DNA of 64,000 nt, from assembly GCF_006345805.1 (NCBI RefSeq), contig NC_043008.1, positions 50,158,001-50,222,000 on the forward strand, in the 5' to 3' direction. Source of the DNA: Octopus sinensis. Its lineage: Eukaryota. The notes below the pieces were generated by a model. The model was not told the origin of the DNA. It ran no database searches and worked only from the letters and a program-made list of their open reading frames with translations. Shown piece by piece: positions 1-11,916 of this stretch. Each line of letters opens with the position of its first letter. Positions within the stretch are counted from its first letter, which is position 1. The translations under genes were made by a program, and so were the position numbers.

Positions 1-28
1 TTCTTAATTAATTAATTTTACCCTTTGT

Positions 29-60
<32 letters not shown>

Positions 61-149
61 TTATTTATTTATTTATTTATATATAAGTTCAGTAAAAACT
101 TAGATTCAGTTGAATATGGTACTTAAGTTAAAGGCACCAGAATTTGGTA

Positions 150-232
150 TGGTATTATCCATGCACTTTCTGACAAGTTGTGGTGCACCTGAGCACTGTA
201 TACAATAATTTCATTATTATTATTATTTATTA
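150..232 (+). mobile_element. 3' end of a CR1-tailed retroelement
   Basis: CACTTT..GA.AAGTTGTGGTGCACCTGAGCACTGTATACAAT + (ATT)n matches the 3' terminus of the LINE at 22428-23216. Confidence 0.7.
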
Positions 233-1277
233 TAAATCAAAATGGGGTGATTATAATCAAAATAAGCAACAAGGATATCCAGAGGTAGCACAGTACAATC
301 GTTTCATGCGACTTCATATATATAAAAGGACAAAACTGAATAACGTGGTTGTGTGATGTTTGCACATTGACAAAAGACGGGAAGGTCAGACGGTCATAGT
401 TGGAATGCCTTTGTCCGTAATCAATTTGATCAGGGATGACCTGGGACCACATATGATGAAGACGATACAGATCTAACAAACAACGTTCTGGAAATACCAG
501 CCAAATCCGTTTCAAACCACTCCTTACTGCCTTTAAAGAAATTAAAGATACATTAGGCATAACATAAGACGTGGTGTTCACGACTGGAAAGCTTTTGATC
601 ATGAAGCTAAACAACAACGACGACCTGAGAGAAACAGCAGCCAAATTTCCATCATAACACTCCCTACCCTTTTATAAAAAGAAGGGCTACAGTAGTTAAT
701 GTAAGCCCTGTTATACAAAACAAAATGTGCAGCCACGATTGGAACGCCTTGAAATAGACCTAAACAACATTATAATTAGCAGGCAAAATTCTGTCAAATC
801 ACACTTTAATATTTTTTTAAAAACAAGGGTGTATACATTAGGAAATGTGACCCGGCATAAAAAGACGGGTCTGTTAAGGTTAGAACAGCTTTGATGTGTC
901 TGCTTGACTTAGGGCCAACTTGTGGCTAAAAAGCAACAACTAAAGGCTGCCGAGTAAATACAAAACGAAACACGTTATCACATATGTCTGACATAATTTT
1001 TTCAGATTTCACATTGCTAATTATCGGAGCCATTCGTGCACATTCCATCATATAAATGAGTGACGGCATCCGTTCGGATCGATACCGATGTCTCCAGACT
1101 AAGCAAGCGTATCAGAAGTCACACAGGTGTTATAGAATTACATTTATAATTGCATTCACATCTAGGATGCTTTATAGCAATAACTAAATCAACTCCATTA
1201 CTTGACGAGTATTTTATTTTATCAACCCCCGGAAGGGAATGAAAGGCAAAGTTATTTTTTATATCTTTACTCGTCTC

Positions 1278-1498
1278 TTTTACTTGTTTCAGTCATTTGA
1301 CTGCGGCCATGCTGGAGCACCACCTTTAGTCGAGCAAATCGACCCCGAGACTTATTCTTTTTGTAAGCCCAGTACTTATTCTATCGGTCTCTTTTTGTCG
1401 AACCGCTAAGTGACGGGGACGTAAACACACCAGCATCGGTTGTCAAGCAATGCTAGGGGGACAAACACAGACACACAAACACACACACACACACATAC

Positions 1499-1562
<64 letters not shown>

Positions 1563-1733
1563 ATATATATATACATATATACGACGGTTTCCGTCTACCA
1601 AATCCACTCACAAGGCATTGGTCGGCCTGGGGCTATAGCAGAAGACACTTGTCCAAGATGCCACGCAGTGGGACTGAACCCGGAACCATGTGGTTGGTTA
1701 GCAAGCTACTTACCACACAGCCACTCCCGCGCC
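1278..1733 (-). mobile_element. tRNA-derived SINE family A with internal microsatellite (representative copy)
   Basis: Head GGCGC.GGAGTGGCTGTGTGGTAAG...GGTTCAGTCCC (Pol III A/B boxes), central (TA)n/(CA)n, tail GACTGAAACAAGTAAAAGA. Copies at about 3203-3410, 6181-6623, 13335-13900, 14558-15580, 17798-18243, 21410-22205, 29367-29815, 46110-46472, 57997-59605 and 63410-63750. Confidence 0.9.
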
Positions 1734-2184
1734 TTAGCGATTTCAAATTTTGAAACAAGGCCAGCTTAAATGCTAAAAAAATTAAACATGGGCGAAATTT
1801 TATTCAACGTTATCTCCAGTGACCTTGCACAGGACCGTCGAGTGTGGGCTGCCATGGTTCGTGATGCCGTCAGGACCAGAGAAGTGGCCAGCTCAACCCG
1901 CCTTAGGTGAACGCCATCACAAGTACAAGTGCAAAGATGAGAGGTTTTTCTATCCACCTGTGTAAAATCTCTCTCCTTAATTGCTCTCTTGAATCTTTTA
2001 TTTGCTCTTTCTTTGATTCCTTTAATGTTTATGGCACCATATTATCACGCTGTTACAGGAAGATACTTCATCTCACCAGAAATAAAATACAAATAAATAG
2101 TCATAAATTAAAATAGAAATTAAGATTTACCAAACAATTTTCTATAAGTGGAATTACTTCACAGCAGTTCTTTCTTTTTTGGGC

Positions 2185-2185
<1 letters not shown>

Positions 2186-2217
<32 letters not shown>

Positions 2218-2344
2218 CATTATTATTATTATCATTATTATTATCATCATTATTATTATCATTATTATTATTATTATCATCATTATCATTATTATTATTA
2301 TCATCATTATTATTATTATCATTATTATTATTATTATTATTATT

Positions 2345-2416
<72 letters not shown>
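2186..2416. repeat. (ATT)n/(ATC)n microsatellite; representative of many (TA)n, (CA)n, (TACA)n and (TAA)n tracts
   Basis: Directly visible. Confidence 0.95.
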
Positions 2417-3152
2417 GCCAAAATACCGTTACAGAATTAGCTCAACAGTATAATGGTTTATTGTTTTTTTACCACTTAGAAAGACAGGTCCCCAAAGATT
2501 ACCTAACATGTCCAAACAGAGATGAGATAATAAAGTTTAGTTGAAAGAATAATTAAATGATTGCTGAAGAAAGAAAATTTGTGTGTGTGTGTGCTACTTG
2601 AATAGTTATTGTTCTACAAATAACTATAATTGTTTTTTTTAACATTGGCAAAAAACCATAAATTTAGTTGTGTTGGGGGGTAGATGTTTAGTTGATTAAA
2701 TCAAACCCAGATCTTGACTGCCAGATTATTTATTGACCCTCCAACGGTTGAAAAGCAAAGTTGACCTCAGCAGAATTTGAACTCAGATTGTAAATAAGCC
2801 AAAAGAAACAACAGAAAGCATTTTATCCAATGCTCTAATGATTCTGCCAAGCCACTGACCTAAAATTGGTAACACTATGAGTTCCTTCATCTACCACAAT
2901 CTTCAAGACACTGCCAAATAGACCAACGTCTTCCTCAATGATTTTCTTGAGGGTCAGGTTCGGACGACCACATCTATGAGTGGGACTAAAGCATGACTCT
3001 CACAGCAGCTTCACTGTGTCTCATCACATGTTCAGCAAGAGCTAGACAATGCTTTCTTATGACAGTTGAAATCTTTGGAAGATGCCCATATAAGGATCTT
3101 GTTAATACAGTTCTATATTTAAGAGATAAGGAATTATGTACGTAATTTACAT

Positions 3153-3203
<51 letters not shown>

Positions 3204-3409
3204 TCTCTCTTTTACTCTTTTATTTGTTTCAGTCATTTGACTGTGGCCATGCTGGAGCACCACCTTTAGTCAAGCAAATCGACCCCAGGACTTATTCTCT
3301 GTAAGCCTAGTACTTATTCTATCGGTCTTTTTTGCCGAACTGCTAAGTTACAGGGACGTAAACACACCAGCATCGGCTGTCAAGCGATGTTGAGAGGACA
3401 AACACAGGC

Positions 3410-3469
<60 letters not shown>

Positions 3470-3910
3470 TTATACTATATATAGATATATATATTTACAT
3501 ACATACATCCATACATATATATATATATACACACACACATACATAACGTGCATTTACACGTGTATGTGTGTGTGTGCGCAGTAGAAACTGTATAGCTATA
3601 TCTACCCAGGTTGACAGAATGACTAGTCATGACTTGTATTACAATCAGGTGTAGGAGTGAACAGTTGTTTATGAGTCAGCAGATATCAGGTTTTATGAGG
3701 TTCTTCTTATTCATTTGTTTCATTTATAGAAAATCAGCAGATTTCAGTGCAGAGGTGCCACTCATCCACTGTTATTATTTTTCACATCCAACAAATGTTT
3801 TTATGTCCAGTGGAAAACATAACAAAATCAGTCACCTACCTACCAAACTATCTACCTATCTTTTTCTTTCTCTCCCCTCTTTCTTCTCTCTCTCTCTCTC
3901 TCTCTCTCTC

Positions 3911-3958
<48 letters not shown>

Positions 3959-4203
3959 CAAATTAATAAATAAAACATATGCATATATACATACATATAT
4001 GTACGTACCTACATCTACATGTATATATACATGCATATACAGGACACCAAAAAAAAACGTCGAACACAATGAGAAACGAAAACATAAACACAAAACCAAG
4101 GAAATGGACATTTTTCTTAAACAACGAAAAAATAGAGTAAAGGACATAGAACACAAGGAAAATCCCCCTTCTTCAGTCACTTCTGTTTCATCTACTCCGC
4201 GTT

Positions 4204-4240
<37 letters not shown>

Positions 4241-5067
4241 ATATACACACACAACAATTGTTTTGACACATCTAGCGTTGATCCCTCATGGCTAGGACAC
4301 TCAACAACTGGTTCAGGGGTATCCGGTGGTGCATATGTACCTCATCGGGTGATAAATAGACACAACTCGTTAAAATAACAGTTCCACAATGTAACTTCTT
4401 GTTTTGTAGAAAGAAAAGCAGCCAGATGGAGGAAATAAATCATGAAGTCAGGAAGTCTGAGAGGTGAAGATTAATGATATTGTATAGTGCTGAGAAAATA
4501 TATTTATGTAAAGGTGAACGTATAATTATTTACAGACTGGAATCCATACTACATGAAGAAGGTTCCAAAATGGCTATAATCCTATAGAAGTCATGTGATT
4601 AAATAAATCTATTTTCAAACCTTTCACACCTCCTGACTTTATGATTTATTTACACCTCACAGAAACATCTATCATCTGGGTTTTCTGGATTTTCAGTTAC
4701 ACAAACACATTATATTACACTACATTGCAAATGATTACTCTGTATACTGATAGCCAACACCATATGAGGAGCTTACTGTGACAGCCAGAGCTCTGAATTT
4801 GATGGAATCATAAGAGCACTATTGTGACATGAAATATCTAAGAAATTTTAGACCAAGCAATCCCCACTTCATCCAGAACAAACCCCAGTAGATGTTTTTT
4901 TTTCAGAAGAAGTAAGAGAGACAGAGGCAAGGTTTAAAGAAAGAGAAGAATCAGTCCCAGTAGAGCACTGTCCCTTTATTTATTAGCTATTAGGGCACAG
5001 AACACTGCAACAATTACCACAAAGCCTCAAAGCAATCTGTTCAACAATCTATGTATATGTATATGTG

Positions 5068-5105
<38 letters not shown>

Positions 5106-5837
5106 TATATACATACACACACATACATATATACATATATACATATATATATATATACACATATATATATAATATATGTACATATATATACACATACACA
5201 CACATATATATTTACACACATACACAAAGAGACATACATAAACTTACATGCATGCATACATACATACATACAACACACCTACATACATCTATATATATAC
5301 ATAAATACATACATACACATACATGCATGCATACATACATACATACAGGCACACATACATGCAGACATACATACATACAACACACCTACATATATATATA
5401 TATATATACATACATACACATACATGCATACACACACACACACACACATACACACACACACACATATTTTGGGGTGTTTTTCACTTCACACTTGTCAGTA
5501 ATTACTGACCTTTTGAAACCAATTTATCAAAATTCAGGAATCTTTCCGTTTTCGTAATCATCCAACAATTTATTTCAAAGACACAGATGCATCCACTGTC
5601 TTCCACCTATTTATTTATTTATTCCCTGAATGTTTTTTTCAATGGAAATATCATCACCTTTCCTAAAAGTACACAACAGTCTGTTCCAGATAGCTATGAT
5701 CAGGGTTACCTAAATTCCTGCCTTACTTAATTTCACAACAAGAATGCATTGAAAAATCGTTTGTCACAATTCACAAATAGATTCAGTCCAACATTATGTA
5801 ATGTTGTTGTTATGCAACATCACAGCTTAAAAAAAAG

Positions 5838-6156
5838 ACTCCGCCAGTTACGACGATGAGGGTCCCAGCTGATACGATCAACGGAACAGCTTGCTCGTGA
5901 AATTAACGTGCAAATAGCTGAGCATTCCACAGACATGTGTACCCTTAACGTAGTTCTCGGGGATAATCAGCGTGACACAGAGAGTGACAAGGCTGACCCT
6001 TTGAAATACAAGTACAACTCATTTTTGCCAGCTGAGTGGACTGGACCAATGTGAAATAAAGTGTCTTGCTCAAGGACACAACGCGTCACCGGGAATCGAA
6101 CTCACAACCTTACGATCATGAGCCGAATGCCCTAACCACTAAGCCACGCGCCCTCA
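5838..6156 (-). mobile_element. tRNA-headed SINE family C with Meta-like domain (copies about 38855-39180 minus, 56728-57066 plus)
   Basis: GGGCGCGTGGCTTAGTGGTTAGGGCATTCGGCTCATGATCGTAAGGTTGTGAGTTCGATTCCCGG is followed by GCGTTGTGTCCTTGAGCAAGACACTTTATTTCAC. Confidence 0.8.
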
Positions 6157-6406
6157 CATATCACAGCTACAGGCATACTGTCTTTTACTCTTTTACTTGT
6201 TTCAGTCATTTTGACTGCGGCCATGCTGGAGCACCGCCTTTAGTCGAGCAAATCGACCCCGGGACTTATTCTTCGTAAGCCCAGTGCTTATTCTATCGGT
6301 CTCTTTTGCCGAACCTCTCAGTGACGGGGACGTAAACACACCAGCATCGGTTGTCAAGCAATGCTAGGAGTCAAACACAGACACAAACACAAACACACAC
6401 ACACAC

Positions 6407-6465
<59 letters not shown>

Positions 6466-6726
6466 TACGACATGCTTCTTTCAGTTTCCGTCTACCAAAT
6501 CCACTCACAAGGCACTGGTCGGCCCGGGGCTGTAGCAGAAGACACTTGCCCAAGATGCCACGCAGTGGGACTGAACCCGGAACCATGTGGTTGGTTAGCA
6601 AGCTACTTACCACACAGCCACTCGTGTGTGGTTAAGGAGAAGCTTTTCTCTTTGTTGCAAACCACATGGTTTCGGGTTCAGTTCCACCCCACTGCGTGCC
6701 ACCTTGGGCAAGTGTCTTCTATAATA

Positions 6727-6943
6727 CTTACTTCCCTGGGTATGGATACATTGAAACTCCAACGTCTGGCAGCTGACTTGGCAGACACCCATAAAATTAT
6801 TAACCATCTTACAAACAATAACTCAGAGCACCTTTTCAAACTCCACCTGTCTAACACCTGTGGACATGTTTACAAAGTCAGAAAACAGCACAGCTCCTTC
6901 CATTACTTTCGGAAACATTTTTTCATGCTAAGAGTTGCTGAAG
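6727..6943 (+). mobile_element. Internal fragment of the same CR1 LINE family
   Basis: LTSLGMDTLKLQRLAADLADTHKIINHLTNNNSEHLFKLHLSNTCGHVYKVRKQHSS.HYFRKHFFMLRVAE aligns with the ORF at 22524-23198. Confidence 0.85.
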
Positions 6944-7493
6944 AGGGTATTTGGAAACAGGTGAAGACTGGCGTCAGTTGGGGCATCTGGCCATAGAAAA
7001 CTTTGTCCTAATGTAGTCACATCTGACTGATGTCAGCTTAGGAAAACAGACATTAAAAGGAAGAGGAGTAAATGACAACGATGATAGTGATGATGATGAT
7101 GATGATGATGATGACGACGACGACGATGATGACAACAATGCTGATGATGGTGGTGGTGGTGGTGGTGATGATAACAGTAGTGGTGGTGGTTGCAATGCAA
7201 TGATAATGGAAATGACGATGGTACTGATGACAATGATGATGATTTGTGATGGTGATGTTGATGGTAATGGTGATGTTGATGATGGCTTGTGATGACGATG
7301 GCAATGATGATAGCGATGATGATGATGATGATGGTTTGGGAAGTATATATATTCAAGCATCATTGTGCAGCATAATTTTTGCATCTCTGTTAAGAAGTCT
7401 TTACGGCTTTGATTTCACTTTTACATACATGTATATATGTGTGTGTGTGTTTGTGTGTGTAAATATATATATATAAAATGCATACACACACTG

Positions 7494-7524
<31 letters not shown>

Positions 7525-7662
7525 CATATGTGTGTATATATATATATATATGATCGATTGTCTAACAACGTGATCTTGCAGCGATTGATTCAGCCTTATT
7601 AAAAGAAAAAAAAAAGAGCAGACAAAAAAAAACAAGTAGTGTATTAATCCTTATGCCATTAC

Positions 7663-7900
7663 CATTTTGGGGCACCACAGTTGCTTTGGGAAACATCTCA
7701 GAGATTCGTCTGTCTCTTCCCATTGCCCAGGTCATTCATTATTAACAGACAATAATTATTTCTCATCACATCTAATGACATGAAACAAATGACTTCATTT
7801 TTATTGTAGATCACCAACAACGAACAACTCTTTGAAATGATGAAGTTTTTGGTATTCTGACAATTGTCACAAAACCCATTAATCTAAATTTTTCACGTTC
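7663..7900 (-). other. Candidate minus-strand exon in unique sequence
   Basis: Long poly-T tract + GTGGCATCAG acceptor and AATG|GTAATG donor. Ends in an open frame MTWAMGRDRRISEMFPKATVVPQN with no recognisable homology. Confidence 0.25.
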
Positions 7901-8059
7901 CTGATGCCACAAAAAAAAAAAAAAAGGCAGGAAATAGTAACAGAAGATGATGCAAAGTCAGCTGCAAGTTGCCAAACAGTTTTTTGTTTGTTTGTTTTTT
8001 GGTTCCTCTTCCCCCCACCCTTCCACCAGTTCTCATAAATGGCATCCATTTAACTCTTT

Positions 8060-8414
8060 AGCATTCATTGGCACTTGTGCCAGTGGACAAGCGTCACCTT
8101 ACTGGCACTTGTGCCGGTGGCATGTGAACAAAACATTCCAGCGAGGTCGTTGCCAGTGCCGGTGCACATAAAAAGCACCATTTAAGTGTAGCCATTGCCA
8201 GTACTGCCTGACTGGCCCTCGTGCCAGTGGCACATAAAAGCACCCACGACACTCTCGGCGTGGTTGGCATTAGGAAGGGCATCCAGCTGTAGAAACTCTG
8301 CCAGATCAAGATTGGAACCTACTGCAGCCATCTGGTTCGCCAGTCCTCAGTCAAATCGTCCAACCCATGCTAGCATGGAAAGCGGACGTTAAACGATGAT
8401 GATGATGATGATGA
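8060..8414 (+). mobile_element. SINE family D with (GAT)n tail and internal tandem units (representative copy)
   Basis: GGTTGGC.TTAGGAAGGGCATCCAGCTGTAGAAA...CCAACCCATGCTAGCATGGAAAGCGGACGTTAAACGATGATGAT. Copies at about 11128-11335, 30885-31170, 34862-35055, 39397-39690, 45650-45960, 50280-50482 and 52088-52260. Confidence 0.85.
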
Positions 8415-8693
8415 TTTCCCTGTCAAATGTCACAGTATCGCAATATCGACCTGACCATCAAATACTGTTAAACACTGCTGGTCACAATGCACTTCCAATT
8501 CTGTTTCATCCTCCTCCTCCTCATCATCATCATCGTCTAACATCTGCTTTCTATGCTGGCATGGGTTGGACAGATTGACATAGAGCTGGCTATCAGGGAA
8601 CTGTTCAGACTCCAGCTGTCTGTTGAGACATGGTCTCTATGGCTGGATGCCCTTCCCAATGCCAACCACTTAAGAGAATATACCAGATGATGA

Positions 8694-8727
<34 letters not shown>

Positions 8728-8900
8728 CTGGGGGTGATATAGTTGACTTTACCCCCTCCTGAAATTACTGACTTTGTACCAAAATTTGAAATCAATGTTT
8801 AAAGTAACTTTGCTTGTAGTTATGACTTAAGGTCGTTTCTTTTTTGATTTTTTCTTTAAAGTATGGCAGCCTTTCTCTATGCCCCAAACATGACCATTCT

Positions 8901-9299
8901 TTAACCCTTTCGTTACAGTATTTATTTTGAGAGGCTCTGTGTTTCTTTCAATTAATTTTAAATATAACAAAGAATTTAGTAAAATAACTTAGTCATCATT
9001 GAGCTAGTATTAGAAACATAAATTGTGACTAAGGTTTCGGGGAAGATTTTAATTCAAAATTTATGAAAACAAAACATTTGTATTACAGAGCCAGAGCCAG
9101 TTTCAGCTGGGATGGTAATTAAAAGGTTAAATATAACAAAGAATTTAGTAAACTAACTTTGCTATCATTAAGCTAGTGTTAGGAACATAAATTGTAACTA
9201 AAGTTTGGTGGAAGATTTTAAGTTAGTACGTATGAAAACGAGACATTTGTACTACAGATCCAGAGCCAGTTTCAGCCAGGTTGGTATCGAAAGGGTTAA
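8901..9299 (+). mobile_element. TTAA-flanked piggyBac-type MITE plus partial tandem copy (other copies about 21165-21390, 51746-52068, 52800-53030, 56320-57190)
   Basis: TTAA-CCCTTT ... AAAGGG-TTAA termini. The internal sequence (AAAGAATTTAGTAAAATAACTT..ATCATTAAGCT, GGAAGATTTTAATT) recurs across the window. Confidence 0.75.
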
Positions 9300-11361
9300 T
9301 AGCATTTGGGCCTTGTTTTCTCTCCTATAAACTAAGCCTTCAATATTTATTAAATTTACTTTGGGATCTCTCAATCCTAGGTTTATTTTCCATGCCTGCC
9401 TGGAATTGCATTTTTCTCTTCTACTATTGATCCAGCCATAATATCACAATATTGCTGTAACTTTTAAAACATATAAAACACACACACACACACAAATAAA
9501 AAAAAAAAGCCATGCACAGACACTGAAATTGGCAAAGTTCCTTGTTTTGCTCAGTAACCTTTGCTTAAAAGCTATTGAGTAAAGGCTACAACAGAACAAG
9601 AAAAGGTCACTGATCACAAAATGAGTTTATTGCTTTAGAATCGTCAGTCTCAGTTATAACTGATTCTCAAAATAACTGGCCGTTCATTGGGATTAGCTTC
9701 TAGTTGTTATTGTTGTTGCTGTTAGGATTTGTAGTTATGGTGGTGATGATGATGATGGTGGTGGTGTTTTTTCTGTTGGTTTTTTTTTGTTTTTTTTTTT
9801 TGCTTTTATCAGTGTCCCTTTTACCATTCCATCATCTTCCTCATATAAAAGTGAATTAGCAGAGTCAGTCGAGCATCAGATAAAAAGCTTTGTGGTATCT
9901 CTTCCAAAAAGTCTTCTGTAAAAACCTTTTCTGACATTAAATGAGTGAACTTCCAGTCCAGATATTTACATTCTGTACATCTTTTTCCAACAAAAAAAAA
10001 TTTGTTTTTAAATTCTGGAAATGATCTGCTCATGTAATTTATTCACCCTCTAAAGTTTATTTTTATTTTTGTGAAAAAAGTTCGTAAATTACATGGGTTT
10101 TTATGGTAATTCTCAATCATCATCATCACCACCATCATCATCGTCATCATCATCATTGTCGTCATCATCTTCATCGTCGTTGTCATCGTCATAGTCCTCC
10201 TCCTCCTCCTCCTCCTCATCATCATCATCATCATCATCAAGGCAGCAAGCTGGCGGAATCCTTAGCATGCCAGGCAAAATGCTAAGTGGCATTTCATCCA
10301 TCATTACATTCTGAGTTCAAATTCTGCCAAGGTCAACTTCGCCTTTCATCCTTTCGGGGTCAATAAAATAGGTACCAGTTGAGCACTGAGGTAGATATGA
10401 TCAACTAAGCCCTTTCCCCGAAATTGCTGGCCTTGTGCCAACATTTGAAACTGATATTAATCTGGCTTCTATCTTTGACCTATCTAGCATAAGGAGGCCC
10501 TTCTCGGAACTTGCACTCCACTGGACCTTGTGGTGAGACCCACCTTGTCTATCTTACAATAAAACAAAAACACAAAAAAAACAAATGATTCAAAATAAAT
10601 AGATTGGTGACATTTTCTATGAACTTTTATTGTTTAATTTGAAATTCTCAAAGTCTTTTAATTTTTATTGATTTAATTCTCATTAACACAGTCGTTAAAA
10701 ATTTATATCATATCTATGACAATATTGACATTTCCTCTCTCAAGTTATCAATTATTCATTGGTCAATTATCAAAGTCCTCATTAGGAATTAGTATCAAAA
10801 GCAAAAAATAAAAATTCTGATAAAAAAATCTATGTTAAGCCAAAGAATATTGATTTTCCTCGTTGGTTTGATATCATAATGAAGATTTCTTTAAAATTAT
10901 GAGGTTTAAATGCTGGAAAGATACTTTTGATAGGAGATAAAAGGAAAGCTTACATCTTAGTTGTGATTCTGTGTTTTCTTTTGTTTAAAGTTAAATTACA
11001 TAAACGTCAAGCATTATATATGTACATACATACATACATACATACATACATACATACATAATACATACATACATACATACATACATACATACATACATAC
11101 ATAATACATACATACATATATATATATCATCATCATCATCATCGTTTAACGTCCATTTCCCATGCTAGCATGGATTGGACAGTTCGACCAGTGTCTGGGA
11201 AGCCAGGAGGCTGCACCAGGCTACAGTCTGATCTGGCAGTGTTTCTACAGCTGGATGCCCTTCCTAATGCCAACCACTCTGTGAGTGTAGTGGGTGCTTT
11301 TTACGTGCCACAGCATGGAAGCCAGTCAAGGTCGTGATATATATATATATATATATATCTG

Positions 11362-11460
<99 letters not shown>

Positions 11461-11503
11461 TATATAAGATATACACTTTATTTAAAGCAGCAGAAAATTC
11501 AAC

Positions 11504-11550
11504 AAAATCTGTTACTCTGAGTTTCTCGTTGCCATTCATCAGACAGTTTT
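11504..11550 (-). ncRNA. Type I hammerhead ribozyme motif (antisense mirror copy)
   Basis: Reverse complement reads AAAACTGT-CTGATGA-ATG GCAA CGA-GAAA-C TCAGA-GTA-ACAGATTT. Core intact, stem II weaker. Confidence 0.65.
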
Positions 11551-11610
11551 TTCTAGAATGGAACCGATATATCATTCAATCCGAATTGATATATCGGTTC
11601 CATTCTAGCA

Positions 11611-11657
11611 AAAACTGTCTGATGAACGGCAACGAGAAACTCAGAGTAACAGATTTT
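11611..11657 (+). ncRNA. Type I hammerhead ribozyme motif
   Basis: AAAACTGT-CTGATGA-ACG GCAA CGA-GAAA-C TCAGA-GTA-ACAGATTT. Stem I CTGT/ACAG, GNRA-capped short stem II (A-A mismatch at its base), minimal stem III, GUA cleavage triplet 11646-11648. Confidence 0.75.
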
Positions 11658-11756
11658 GTTGAATTTTCTGTGCTGCTTTAAATAAAGCATATTACTCTAC
11701 CATTGGTATTTGAGTACTCTTTTTTTCCACCTTGTTTCACATTTATGTGTTACTCC

Positions 11757-11808
<52 letters not shown>

Positions 11809-11916
11809 GTCGGTCAGCATTCACACTGTGGATCTTTTTGCAAGCGTTCATGCCAGCTGGCAGAGCTGAAGCAGCAGTAGCAGTTACCAGCTCACAAATA
11901 TAACACCCACACACTG

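Larger units (their letters stand above)
11476..11760. mobile_element. Asymmetric fold-back mini-element with a hammerhead ribozyme on each strand (Penelope-like terminal repeat derivative)
   Basis: Near-perfect inverted repeat of about 100 bp per arm (11476-11574 / 11587-11687), a one-sided tail to 11760, and (TA)n flanks. A second family member lies at 43857-44103 in reverse orientation. Confidence 0.85.

Noticed and set aside
237-644. 135 aa minus-strand ORF
   Set aside because: Overlaps old SINE-like fragments (ACAGCAGCCAAAT, GCTAAACAACAAC tails) that recur in the window. No domain similarity.
6085-6156. tRNA gene (CAT anticodon-like); also tRNA-like sequence at about 29110-29190 and 56730-56800
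   Set aside because: No proper acceptor stem, and the sequence runs directly into a SINE body.
6351-6635. Recurring peptide SVYQIHSQG...[20 protein letters not shown], suggestive of a multigene family
   Set aside because: It is the antisense translation of the SINE family A head, seen wherever that SINE occurs.
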